Source: Azolla caroliniana
Lineage: Eukaryota > Plantae > Polypodiophyta
NCBI GenBank assembly: GCA_043228905.1
Contig: JBHGNT010000009.1
Coordinates: 1,612,001 to 1,676,000, forward strand
Reading direction: 5' to 3'
DNA: 64,000 nt
Each line of letters opens with the position of its first letter. Position 1 is the stretch's first letter. The notes below the pieces were generated by a model, which worked only from the letters and a program-made list of their open reading frames with translations, was not told the origin of the DNA and did not search any database. The position numbers and the translations under genes were made by a program. Shown one piece after another: positions 13,451 to 26,194 of this stretch.

Positions 13451-14113
13451 TCAAGCTACATTTGGACAAGGTATATATATATATGAGAGAGAGAGAAAGA
13501 ATTATCTCTATTCTCAGCTAGTCTTTCAACAGTTTTACCTTGCCATGAAATTCTCACTATTGTGGTAGGGTAGGCAAGGTTTTTTATGTCTTGTTGGGAT
13601 ATTTTAATATGTACACTACTGACAAGAAAAGAAAAGAGTGCGATCACTTGAAACTTCAATCAGTATAAACATCATAAAACTTCAATCAATATACACATTA
13701 TAAAACTGAGCTTGCATAACTAACATGTCTGACATAAAGTGTTATAAATAATATATTGTTACAGATGATCAATCAGACCCCTTTATTGCTAGCAGCAGAC
13801 ACGTGGCTGTAACATAAAACTATCCCGAAAAACCTTGGAAATTCAACATCCAACTACCTTTAAATTGAACTAAGAGGTAATGATCTCACATACCCTCTAA
13901 AGCTTTGCTTTTGGGTTACGTACTTAGAAAAGTCCCTAAGAAGAAGACAAAGATATGTGTCTTTTTTTCTTCTAAGCCTGAGCTATGGTGATGACACGCT
14001 CCATTGCTTTATCATATTGGAGGGAGAAAGAAAGAAGAAGGATATAAAATAAAACAGTTAAATTTGACTACCATGCATGTGAGCATGCACACACAAAAGA
14101 AGAAGAAAGGAGG

Positions 14114-17100
14114 CTAAATGATGATATCACCCGTGGAATGCTCCAAGTGGCGCAGTATGATTCTTGCAAACACTTTGGCTTGAAGTTGAGATGTCAAATA
14201 TGTTGTTGCAGCTGCAGCACCTGATCGAAGAACTCTCCCAGCGCCTGCCTTCTGAAGAAGGCTTGCATGGTGAATAGCATGTCTGCCCCCTGGCATGGTA
14301 AACTGCAAGGAATCCATACAGCACATGCACATTTATTTATTGATAAATAATGAAAAAAATCATACACATGCTTTTCCTAAGGATCGGTATGAATAAAGAA
14401 AGATAGCTCAACAATAGCCTAATAGCATATGAGACCAAACGAGATATTATCATCCTAAAAGCAATCATGGGTTGATTGGTGTTTACACGGTCATCTTACA
14501 AGTGACTATTAATCTATTTTTTTGACTGTTGTTCCATCAATTTTCTTTGATGTCTATCAAGGTTGAATAAGAATGGAAGGTACGTAACTCTAAATACGGA
14601 TGGTGGCAAATCTTGAAACATAATTGGCATTTTAAATTGCCACATTTAGCAAAAGTTTTCATTTGGGAGTTTACCTTTGGGATTAGCTCTAAAGAGATGT
14701 GAACTAGCTACAAGCAATTGCTTCTTTGCATTCTTCAAGTGGAAGAATAGTACTCATTGTTTCATATAGTTTCTAATTGCTTGTCAGATTTGGGGTTACA
14801 TTTGTCAAGTTTTGTCATGTTATTTGACACCAAGACAATGAGAGTTTGTACAATTTACACAGCTCATTAACTACACCTAACAAACCTCAGCTTTTCTAAG
14901 CCCTTGGGTATACCTAAGCACCATCAAACCTATAAGCCATCCTTATCAGCTACGATGAGCACAGATGTTGTAACAATTTACCTCATATGGGAGGGGATTT
15001 CACCTTTCAACCATAAGACCTCATTGCACATCACCTGCCAAAAATAGAGTGAACCTAGCTTGTACACCCTTGGCTATTTTTTGGCTATTAGCTATGGTGT
15101 TTGGACACAACAAATGTCATTCATGAACATCATCCTAGTCATCGACCATGAGTTATAGTATTTTCATTGTATCTGATCTGCCTATTGGATTTGCATGTGG
15201 AAGAAAGAAATATATATTAATGTTTTTTAAGAGGCCAAAATGTCCTATAAGCCCAAACAAGAGATTACATCTAAGTGTTTTCTTGTCTTTGAGAACAACA
15301 AATCCACATAAATAAATGTTACCAAGTAAAATAAATTAGACAAAAAGAGACTAAAGAATCTTCTTATTGGTACATACAAGGTTCTCAAGCTAATATATTG
15401 TAATTTTTGTCTTTCGAAAGATCTCTAGCATAGGTCGATTCAGAATGGAGAGGTCTCTGAAGCGAGAGAAGCACTTGAGATGTCGGGAGATAATACATGC
15501 ATGCCCAAATAGAGGGTTAGATTTGCCTCCAAAGACCCAACCATAGAAGCTCCTTCACATACATGCCCTAATAGAGTGTTCCTAACTTTTCTAGGCCCTT
15601 GGTTATATTTATATCATTAGACATAGTTTGGTGTGCATACCACAAAGATCACCATTGAATCCTATGGCACTCATCTAGATGAATACTGGAACAATCTGTC
15701 TCATTTAAGTTGCATCTACAGAAGGATGTCAGAAATTGAAAACTCACCTGAAGGATTGCAAAGGCGGCACATGCCCGTAAAACTGGAGATCCATTTTTAA
15801 GCATAGCAACGAATCGTCCAATCTCAGCACCACTATAATATAAAACACGATGAAGAAAAAAGCAAAGATAAGAAAGAATATACAATAATCCTGCAGAAAA
15901 AATTACACAAAAAGGAAATACCTGCAACGAAGGTGTCCAACTTCCTGGATCCGAGCGGAATCAGCCACCGCCAACAATGCCGCAGGTGCCCATGTCGATG
16001 AAGCCATTGTGAGAGCCTGATGGTCTGAAAAGGCTTGAATAAAAGATTCAATATGACGCATTGCAAGCCGTCTTGCTCCATCTAAGCCACCATTTTTAGC
16101 AACGGTTTCACAAAATGTAGCTCTTAATGCAACTGTGTCCATCCTAAAGAAGAATATCATCATAGTTCAAAACGTTGGGACAAAGTCAAATATTTTGCAA
16201 TTGCATAGCAATCTTGCAGAATAATATCCTAGTCACAGATATTTCTCGGCATGCAGCCTTGCTGACTTTCAGCATTGAGTGGACCTCACTGTAGAGTCCA
16301 AGATATAAAACAGATGGAAAAAAAAAACACAAACAGATTATAGTTAACTCTGACTAATCATTTTTTATATTTTTTCTCCCTTGTTTTTCAGCTTTAACTT
16401 TTGTTTTTATTTATTTCTGATGACTAAATTTGAGGATGACCAATTTGAACCATTTCCTCTCACCCTAACTCAATTGTTTCACCTCTTTTGTTAGTGTGAT
16501 TCCCAGTCAATGTTTTCTCAGAGTGTTTTCTTCTTTTTTGGTGCATTGAAGGATAGTGCAATGAATAGAAAAATGGCCTGGCAATCTTAACCTTCTACAA
16601 GGTTACCTAGACAGGCTTAATTGCGGTATTTAGCATCAGATTCTAGGCTGTGGATTGTTGATCAAGAAAAACTTCAAGGGTTCATAAATTTGCCCTTTAA
16701 TATCCCATAAGGGCCATAAACTTCAAAGGTTCATAAATTTGACCTTTAATATCTCATAAGGCCTATGAGACCTTACTAACTTTGTGGCGACTTGCTCGTG
16801 ATTGAGCTGATCGAGAGATTTTGACGCTTAACTTTTTGCCAAAGCATCCATCATTTGTAACAAAATCATCTTTAGGTAGGTTATAGGTCACTTGGTGGTA
16901 CCTCTATTCTTTTTACCTAGGATATCGCATGTCTCATTTGTGTCCTCCATGACTAGCAGTTGGAAATTTTAGGACTATTGAATTTAACATCTTAAAATTA
17001 GGAAATTTTGCATGAATGGTAAATCATACTAGTCATCATAGTAGTTGTGGAAGTGGGAAGATTTTGGAGGTCTATCACATATGCACATGTCATTGACTTC

Positions 17101-20100
17101 ACAAAAAATCATCTTATTTTAGGTGCCATAAACTAATAAGGTTAATCACTTTGACTATCTAAATTCCAACAATTATAGGAAAAGGAAATGGGCGAACAAT
17201 CATGTTAGTAGTACCTTCCATCAAATATATAAGCTAGAGCAAGCGCAGCCATGAAACGAGCCATCTTTGAGCCCGAGGAAGAACATAAGTGTACAAGGGC
17301 ACGGACCCCCCCTTCTTCAACAATACGCCAAGCATTCCCAGAATTGAAAGCGAGATTCCATAGAGCACCTGCTGCAGTTTCATGTACATCCTACAAGAAA
17401 ATACCAAAAATTTACTTAATTATGGATTAGTATGCCACAGTTTCTCATACTTGGTAGCCTATTAATCCCCAAAAAGACAAATACCACAAACCGATGATAG
17501 AAACAAACAGGAAAAAGTCCACTTGCCTCTGCCTCTGAATAAGCAAGAGTTATTAAAGGTGCAACACCACCATCACGGCCAATCGATATGCTGGAAAAGC
17601 AGGAACAAAACTCTATAATACATAATCCCGCTGTCTATATGATCTTCTCAAACACATCTAACAATTATTGAATATCCATTACCTGTTTGCTTCAGATACT
17701 GATAATCCCCAAAGGGCTCCAGCAGCTCTCTCTTGCAGGCCATGAGATCCAGTGCTACAACTTTGTGCAAGTGCTACCTGTGAAAAAAACATTAAATTCA
17801 TGTTTTCCAAAGTAAAACAAGATGAAGACTTAATTGTTTTTTCAAGGCAGCTGAATGAAGAATGAATCATATTATACTGCCTACCAATGCTTCTACACCA
17901 CCCACAGCTGCTATTGCACCTCGATTTTTATCATCGAAAGACAAATTCCATAAAGCCCCAGCAGCTTCTTGTCTGAAATACCAAAGAATTCGAAATTAAA
18001 GAAGATGCGTATTGACATGGAGGCAGAAAAGAAGTAATTCGGATAGGAAAAAATATTTTTAAAAATAGTATCAAAAAAGTGTTCATTACCTGACACCTTC
18101 ACTCTGAGAGGATGTTAATCGTATTAATGCTTCTAGGGCACCAGGTTCCTGCCCAACTGCAGCATTATTGCCATTGCTATCTCCATGTGCTGCCAAGTTG
18201 GCGAGAGCTCGTGCTGCCTGATACCGACCCATATTTTTATCATTTGAATTTTGGAGCAACGACTTTACAACAAAGTTATTACATGCCATCAACTTATAGG
18301 CTATAGCATAATCATACCTTCTTTTGTACGTGGTGAACCATAAATTAAATGGCACATGGGTACTGAATCAAGGTATGGTTTCAGAACTCACATGATTTGT
18401 CCCTCCAAAATACGGGGATATGTAGTGTGTGTGTGTGTACACTAATTATGGTAAATGAACAAAAAACCCTACCAAACAGTGAATATAGACATTTGTAAGA
18501 CCCTAAGACATCATGTTTCTCTCCAGGATGTTAAATATCTACTCTGAAAACTGTGGAAAAAACTTGATGTGTTTTAGGATCTCTCTTGAGCTCTGTAAGC
18601 TTTAGAAGCCAAATTTGCTATGTATGAAAAGTGTTTTCATACATGTCCTACGTATGCAGTATCTGCAAACACCTTTTTGCACAGACGTGCAAGTAGAATA
18701 ATAATAAAAGGAAAAAACTACAAACATGACACAAACTTTTATCAAATGGTATTATCACCAAGACAGACCTGTTCTTGTATGCCTTCATGCTTGCAAAACC
18801 GTGCAAGTGTGACTAATGCATGTACCCCACCTGCAGCTGCAACCTCCATACTACACTTATCATCTGCTGCTAAGTTGGCAAGAGCTCCAGCAGCTCGTTC
18901 CTAAAACATGAAACATGACACACATAACTTGAGAAAAGGTAATTGTCATGTCCTATCAATACTTCAAAAAAACTATATGTATATCATTCCTACCAGAACA
19001 CCATCACCTCCATTAGGCCACTTAAAGACCAGCTCAACCAATGCTTTAATGCCTCCTGCCTCAGCAATGGCACCCTGTAAGATGATAAGATTCTCATTTG
19101 TTTTTTTGTTTGTTCAAGAGATTTATGTAAAAGTAAATGCATACTTGATGAGATACTTCACCTTATGTTCTTCTCCAACAGAAAGATTCCATAAACCTCC
19201 TGCAGCCTCCTCGGCCACCCAACGATTCAGAGACCTTGCTAACATTGCTAGTATGTTAATTCCTCCTTCTAATGCCACAGATTTTGCAACCTCCGAATTC
19301 ACAGAGAGATTTGCAATAGCCTAAAAATTCAAATACATCCAAAATAATTTTAAGAAAACAAAGAATTCTATGAGCACTTTTTGGATATATTTAAGAAACT
19401 TTGAAAACAACTTTACAATAGAATTTTAACACCTTTGCAGCCTCTGATTGAACTCCTTCTCGTCGTGACTTTGCTAAATCCAAAAGAAGGCTAACCCCTC
19501 CTCCTTGCATCACTGCTTCGGCTCTAGCAGGATCCACAGTGGCATTCAAATCATCAGTCACAACGAAAGTGGCCAATGCTGCAGCTGGTCTTTCTTGTAC
19601 ATCTTCTTGGGTGCTTTTAACCAATCTAAGCAATGTCTCTGTTCCTTGCTTTAACCAAAAGCTATCTAGACCAGGGATATTGCTATCTGCGATTCGGAGT
19701 AGAGCATGCGAGAGAACCCATTCTGTCCAATTCAAAATCTCTATGCAATTTTTATCATTATGTTTAAGATATTCTTGGGTGGCCCATTCATTGTTGCTGC
19801 CTATCAAGGCTTGAGAGGAGAGCAATGTTAGCCCCTTCTTAAGGTTAGTGAACCGTGAGAGCAAAATCTTCTTCTTTGGATAGAAGAAAACCGAACTACT
19901 CCCTTCTTCTAAGAGTGGGCAATTGAGGGCACAAAGTACCTGTAAGCTTTCCATGGCCAAAAAGCAGTTAGCAACCGCTGGTGTGATCTCAGTGCGAGAA
20001 ACATCAAGAGCAACTAAACAAGGAAGATTGCTTAGCTGATGTACAGCTGTATTCCATTGAATGTTCCTCAATCCTGCCAGAGATAAAAACTGCAAATTTG

Positions 20101-20839
20101 TCGATAAAGAAAGCATTCTCTCATCAACAACAGAAGAATCAAGAAAACCCAATTCATTAAGATGTGAGCAATGCCTCGTAAGAGCTTCAATGGCATCTCC
20201 ATTCACATCTCGAACACCCATCAACCGTAAACTCTTCAGTTTAGGACAACACAACGCTATAGCTTGAATAGCATCACTTGTGATTCTCTCACAATCAGGG
20301 CCGAGTTGAACTCTCTCTAATTGTCCATGTTTGGCGACAACCATAGAAAAAGCCGCATCAGTGAGGTCTCTACAACAATCACCATTGAGTTGCTTCAATT
20401 CTTTTGCTTCTAACTTTATGATGGCAGAAACGGCCAAGGAGCCACGGAAACGGATGTGGCTGAGCTTTGAACATCTTTTAGACAAATATGAAGCTGTGGA
20501 GAGATCTAAAGCATGTGGTCTCATATCTATACTTTTCCATAGACAATGAGAAGCACCCAGCTGTCGCCATGTTTGGCATACACTTGCTAACCTAGCTCGA
20601 TCTCGGTAACTCAAAAGACCAAAAATACCTATAGTTGTATCATGTGGGAGGCTTGTCCAATCCACAGTGCGATGATGATGAGTCGGTGGGTTCAAGTCTG
20701 CAATAATACTTTCTTCAAATCTCTCTATATCATCCATATTGTCGTCATTGTCATTATTATCATCACCTACGTCGCTTAAGGTTTGTCTTCCTTTGAAAAC
20801 CCTAGATTTTACCACTTTTCGCCTTACTCGACGATTCAT
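14114..20839 (-). CDS. ARABIDILLO: ARABIDILLO-like F-box/LRR/Armadillo-repeat protein, multi-exon (first coding exon 20839-19433, last ends 14114)
   Basis: MNRRVRRK NLS, F-box DWTSLPHDT..LSYRDRARLASVC..W, an LRR-like region, ARM repeats (AAGGLWNLSVGEEHK, ALANLAAHGDSN, QERAAGALWGLSVSEAN, DVHETAAGALWNLAFN) and a C-terminal FTMPGGRHA...ARIILRHLEH. Confidence 0.95.
15200..15275 (+). repeat. Short dispersed repeat shared with 36380-36450
   Basis: aagaaagaaatat...ttttaagaggccaaaatg.cctataag.ccaaacaagagattacatct occurs at both sites in the same orientation. Confidence 0.75.
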
Positions 20840-22609
20840 TGCCCTGTTTCCTCTCTCCTTTTTACGAGGAAAGTTGTTTCCAAAGGCAGTGTATAACTAC
20901 CACCACTAATAATATATTATTACAAGCTAGCCTGAAAATATATGTTCTTTGGAATAGATTTCATCAATGAATGTGCATGCTCTGTTTATCTATCTCTGAC
21001 AATGACGGGCAAAATTCTTCAAAATATACAAAGAAATCACAAAAATCGTTTACCTATATATGTATAAACTGTATATTTGTATATATGTATATGAATATGT
21101 GTACATGTTTGTATATATAAATCGATATTGACGTTGATTCGACGAATGCAAAAGCCTCACAGAAGATGGAGATGGAAGTGAACGTTTATTGTTGTGAAGG
21201 CCGAATCGATGAGAACGGTTCTTCTGAGTCTTCTTCCCTCACTCCAGAGCATTTGCATAAGAACCAAGGAGAAGGGAAAAACGAAAAAACATTGGAATTC
21301 TGACTTATACTCTCTGATTAAGAATGATTGTATATTTATGAGTTGTTAAACAGACAATAGATGCGTTTCTATTAATTAATTAAGAGTTATGGAGTATTGT
21401 TGGGCTTCTAGATTGCTCTCTCTTCATGTCCATGTCCATGTCCATATGTATGTATATGGGTATCTGTGACACCATTCTTTGGACATGTCCACCATGGAAT
21501 GCACGAGATAGAAAGGGCCTCAAGACATGTTTTTGGCCTTCTTATATGTCTTCTATGTACAAGTGTTTATGGATCCCCACATGTGTATGTGTTGTTCGAT
21601 AGAGAGTGTATTGGAGATACATATTAGTATTGGAACATATTTTTGGCCTTGATATATACATTGTATGGACATCTCTTGATTGGGTTTGCACATGGATTCT
21701 CTGAAAGAGAGCATCATAGTTGTGTCATGGCCTCAAAAACATGTTTTTGGCCTTTGTATATGTCTACAATGAACATTTTGCGACTCTCCAAATGGTCATG
21801 CACATGTGCTCTCTAATATAAATAATGATGGAGATCGATCCTCGTTAACATACGTGTGCACATGTGTTTTGATATGCTAAGCATGAGAAAATATTCAGGC
21901 CTTTATCCACATCTCTTATGAATCCTTAATGGATGCACATTCGTGCTTCATGGGCCTTGAGACATATTTTTGCCTTGCCATTCTCTCTTCTATAGGAATC
22001 TTTGATTAGATGAGCACATATATGTGATCTATGCCAAAACAAGAGATGCATTTTTCGAGACAACCTATTGGCCTTCATTCTCGTAATGAAGATGCATATT
22101 TGTTATGTCACAAAGTACCAAATGTTTATCCCCAAAACTTCTTTTGTACATCTATAAATGGATGTGCACATGTATTATGTAAGGCATAACATGAGATGGC
22201 CACAACTCATGTTTTTTGGGGATCATTGTTGTTTACATTTTTTTCGACCTCTCTTGAGTAGGTGTGGACATCCATTATGCAACATAACATGAGAGAGCAT
22301 TAGTTGTCCAACATTGTTTATGTGTCCTACATGCATTTTTAGATGGATATATATGTGTGCTACATACATGACATAGAATAGATTTCTCCCATCATGGCAT
22401 CCTTGAACGTCGAAGGTCATGTATTTTTGTTGATTTCTGTGTCAGTGAATATGGATCACATCAAAGTGGTGTTAGGTGAATTGTATTTATGTGGCTCAAG
22501 TTACCAAACCAACGTTAATGGTTTCGTGGGTAGTGATTGGGTTGTGTAGTTTCATTGGCAGAGGTAAAAATGTGTTGCCCACTCTTGATACATCCCCAAA
22601 GTCAAGATT

Positions 22610-22890
22610 ACACAAGAACATGCAAATGGAAATAAATGCGAGACAAACATGCTCTTATATTATGTTCACAACTCAAAAACATCACAACATTCCCAAATTT
22701 GAGACAAAAACAATCTTTGAGTTGGGGAGAGTTGGGACAAGTCGGGACAATTCCAAAACTAATTTGAGAGAGAGAGAGAGAGAGAGCACCGCACTCCTTG
22801 GAGCAAACTTTGTGGATCTGAAAATGAAGAGAACGAGGAATGGCTCCTCCTTATGAAAGGCCAAATAGGGTCATTGGAACTAGTTGTTTT
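22610..22890. repeat. About 280-bp repeat with inverted copies at 24848-25040 and 25052-25270
   Basis: The reverse complement acaactagttccaatgaccctatttggcctttcataaggaggagccatt matches acaactagatccaacgaccatatttggccttacataaggaggagccatt at 24848. Further blocks match up to about 25270. Confidence 0.8.
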
Positions 22891-23120
22891 GTTGGGACAC
22901 ACCATGGTGGCATCCCGTACTTGGACTCTCCCATGGTGAGTCCCAGTCAGTTTTGAGACTTTGCCCCAATTGGGACAGAACATGGACATCACATTCACTC
23001 GGGTCCTCTATAGCTTGAGTTCCATCAAGCTCGCAACATGTGGTGTCCCAACTCAGTTGAAGTCATAGATGTTATGATAAATAACTCTTAGGGGTTTATG
23101 TGTCTATTCCCCTCCCATCA

Positions 23121-23194
23121 GAGGATGTTGCTCAAATGTTAGATTGCTTGCTTAGAGCATGCAAGAGGTACGGGGATCAATGCCTCGCATCTCC
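23121..23194 (+). pseudogene. tRNA-Ala pseudogene derived from an AGC-type gene
   Basis: gaggatgttgctcaaatgttaga...gagaggtacggggatcaatgcctcgcatctcc. The anticodon loop has a 2-nt insertion, and the A and B boxes are mutated. Confidence 0.8.
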
Positions 23195-23662
23195 GATTCT
23201 TTTATTTTGATACAATGCATATGCACATTCTTAGCACGTTGTCGAACCATGGAGTAAGGTCATCATCATTAAATAAAAGAATGCTTATGGGACAATATTA
23301 AAGGGGAGGCCATAAAAGCATAAAGATATGATAGTAGAGAACGACATTGTAACTAATGAATCAAAGTCATCATTATCAAATAAGACAATGCATATGAGAG
23401 AAGATTGGAGAGGATGTCATAAGCATAGACTTTGAAAAACATAATTGTTATGGACGAAGGTTTTGAAAGCAATGTGTAAACCAATAGTCGTTACCCTACA
23501 TCCCCAATTTTATTTATTTATTTATTTATGCTCCATTGGTATTAATAAGAAGCCAAAGGCAATATACAAATAGTACATAATACTGTTTCCTCTGCACAAA
23601 TACATATTATCAAAAAACTACATTGTTGCCAATAACACCTTTGCTAGCAGAGCACATATTAT

Positions 23663-23900
23663 GTGGCTTTCATTATGGGTTTTGATTTGTTCTATGGCTG
23701 CGTCATCGAGATGTCTCCAAAACATCGTACATTTTCAGCATATGATCCCATGGAATATAAATCAATGGTAGTGGCAAAGAAGTTAAATGGCAGAGAATGG
23801 TTATGGTTGGACAATGTCCCACATGTTCAAGCAAAGGTGAATGGAAAAGAGGTGATGCTCATGTTGGACTTGAAAGCAATTGGATTCGAGCTAATGTTTT
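23663..23900 (+). pseudogene. Possible fragment of a retropepsin-like aspartyl protease gene, catalytic motif degenerate
   Basis: NVPHVQAKVNGKEVMLMLDLKAIG resembles the (V)xVxVNG...(M)LD[ST]GA pattern, but D-[ST]-G reads DLK. No convincing start or further exons. Confidence 0.35.
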
Positions 23901-24183
23901 ATGATAGTGGAAGTCAATTTCAAAGGTGTCAAATGCTACAGGTGATAAAGAGGCTTATTCGTGCTAAAGTGGAGGCCTTCTCAAGGTTTATATGTGGTCT
24001 TATAGCTCAACGTAGCAATGGAATTTTCTCAAGGTTTTTCCAATTTTGTTATCTTGATATCTTACATCAACACTCACACGCGAGATTAAAGAGGAGGTGA
24101 GAAGCAAAGATAAACGTAGGATTGTTATGAAAACATGATTTCAAAGGAAAGCAATGCAAACAATGAGTCAATTTGTGGTGTCT

Positions 24184-24252
24184 ATTGTAGCTCAAATGGT
24201 TGAGCGCTCACTTGGCATGCGAATGGTGTGGGGATCGATACCCCACATCTCA
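24184..24252 (+). pseudogene. tRNA-Ala pseudogene, 5' acceptor strand lost, anticodon reads GGC
   Basis: tgtagctcaaatggttgagcgctcacttggcatgcgaatggtgtggggatcgataccccacatctc. Confidence 0.8.
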
Positions 24253-24295
24253 ATTGTGTTACATTGATACCCTACATTTGGAATACCTAAACCTA

Positions 24296-24350
24296 GGGGA
24301 TGTAGATCCAATGATAGAGTGATTGGTTCACATGTGAGAGGCACAAGGAT
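24296..24350 (+). pseudogene. 3'-truncated tRNA-Ala pseudogene
   Basis: ggggatgtagatccaatgatagagtgattggttcacatgtgagaggcacaaggat; the T arm is broken. Confidence 0.7.
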
Positions 24351-24557
24351 TCCTACATTTACAGTCTCTTAGCATGTTGTTGAATTGTGGGTTAAAATCA
24401 CCATCATTAAATTGGAGGATTTTGACATTTCTAGTCTCTTAGCATGTTGTTGAATTGTGGGTTAAAATCACCGTCATTAAATTGGAGGATTCCTACATTT
24501 CCAGTCTCTTAGCATGTTGTTGAATTGTGGGTTAAAATCGCCATCATTAAATTGGAG
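24350..24557 (+). repeat. Three tandem copies of an approximately 70-bp unit
   Basis: agtctcttagcatgttgttgaattgtgggttaaaatc.ccatcattaaattggag occurs three times. A diverged copy follows the tRNA pseudogene at about 23228. Confidence 0.9.
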
Positions 24558-24757
24558 AAAGGTCTATGAAAAAGATTAAAGAGGAGGTGCCAAGAGAAGC
24601 ATGGGCGTAAGATTGTTATGAAAACATGATTCGAGACAAAGGCATTGCAACCAATGGGTCAACCGGTCGTCCTTGAAAGAATCCGTGAAACCACTCTTAC
24701 TCGAAGCCATATAGATGTGACAAGAACTATTTATATCTTTGCAATGCTTGTGTTAAA

Positions 24758-24830
24758 GGGGATGTAGCTCAAATGGTAGAGCGCTCGCTTCGCATGTGAG
24801 AGGTACAGGGATCGATACCTTGCATCTCCA
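24758..24830 (+). tRNA. tRNA-Ala, anticodon CGC, apparently intact
   Basis: 73 nt. Acceptor stem GGGGATG/CATCTCC with the G3:U70 alanine identity pair, discriminator A, anticodon arm CTCGC-TTCGCAT-GTGAG, T arm CAGGG-ATCGATA-CCTTG, and a TTTT terminator shortly downstream. Confidence 0.88.
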
Positions 24831-26194
24831 ATTGTGTTTTCTTGCTACAACTAGATCCAACGACCATATTTGGCCTTACATAAGGAGGAGCCATTTATCA
24901 TTCTCAAATTCAAAAGGTTTGCTCCAAAGGTCATGATGCTCTCCCTCAAATCAAATTTTGGGGTTGTCCCGATTCATCCTGACTTATCACAGCTCGTCCA
25001 AGACTTGTATCGGTTTTGTCCTAATATTGGGATTGTTGTAATATTTTGAGTTTGCCTTATATAAGGAGGAACCTTTCCTCGTTCTCTTCATTCTTAAATT
25101 CACAAAGTTCTCTCCAAGAGTGTGGTGCCTTCTCTCTCTCGTGAGCTTTTGAGGGTTTCCCAAGTCATGTTTTGGTTTTGTTCCAATATTGGGATTGGTG
25201 TAATATTTTGAGTTAGAATATAATTAGCATTTTTGTCCAATGTTTGTTTCCATTCACGTGTTCTTGTGTGTGATAAGTTTGACGTAATAACACCACTTAT
25301 AACTTATAAAGTTATAAGTAACACAAAATGAACATCTTTCAAAACCAACATTGGAATTGGGAACATTTGTTTCAACTATAACATTAATGTTACTAAGTGT
25401 TGCTGAGATGTTCTAAAATAAATATAGGCACTTTTCAACACCACTTGAATCTATGCTTAAACAATTATGTGTTAATCACACTTGAGTCTTGTCTAATATA
25501 TTGAGAATTTGATCTAAGGTACACTAAGCTACAAGGTGTTTAAGCAAATTCGTCGATCATATTTAATATTGCTATGAAATACATATACAAGCTACCACCA
25601 ATTGTAAGCAAATTTCTATAATCAAGAGCTATCTCCTTAATTCTTGTTTAATCCTTTAATCAATATCTTTGAGCTAATTCTCCATTAATGATGTGGGGAG
25701 AGATGGTTAAACACAACGAAAACCACAAGATGCTATAACTTTGAAGGTTCAATGTTTTCGCAAGGGTGATGCAAAATCAAATAGCGATTGTGAAAGTGAA
25801 GCGACATTATCACAATCATCGAAAACAATGATAAATAAGGTGGATATGTTTGGTGGAAGAAATGTCACAGACATTATAAATGACAAATAAGGCGACTATG
25901 TTTGGTGGAATGATAAATAAGGGTCAGTCATTATAAATGATTGTGGAACTGCTAAGCAAAAACAGGGGAAGTGGAAGGCCAAGCTTCCTCCTTGTGAGCA
26001 AATATCCTACTTAGTGCACAATAAGGTTTCCAACCCCCAAACCGGTTTGGGCTTAACCGGTTTGCCTTGGACCGGTTAAGCCGAAACCGAGCCGTTGCGA
26101 AAGTATGCTAAAGAAGTATGTATGTTGTACATATATGTGTGTCTACAGCCTTACAAAACAAAATGCATACAAGAAATATATCATAAGCTTAGCC

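Noticed and set aside
21420-22400. Degenerate catgtttttggcctt-containing units upstream of ARABIDILLO
   Set aside because: Probably an old minisatellite or TE subterminal repeat; unit boundaries are not definable and no further signal was found.
24350-24557. Regularly spaced repeats superficially like a CRISPR array
   Set aside because: Plain tandem repeat without unique spacers, in a eukaryotic context, with no cas genes.
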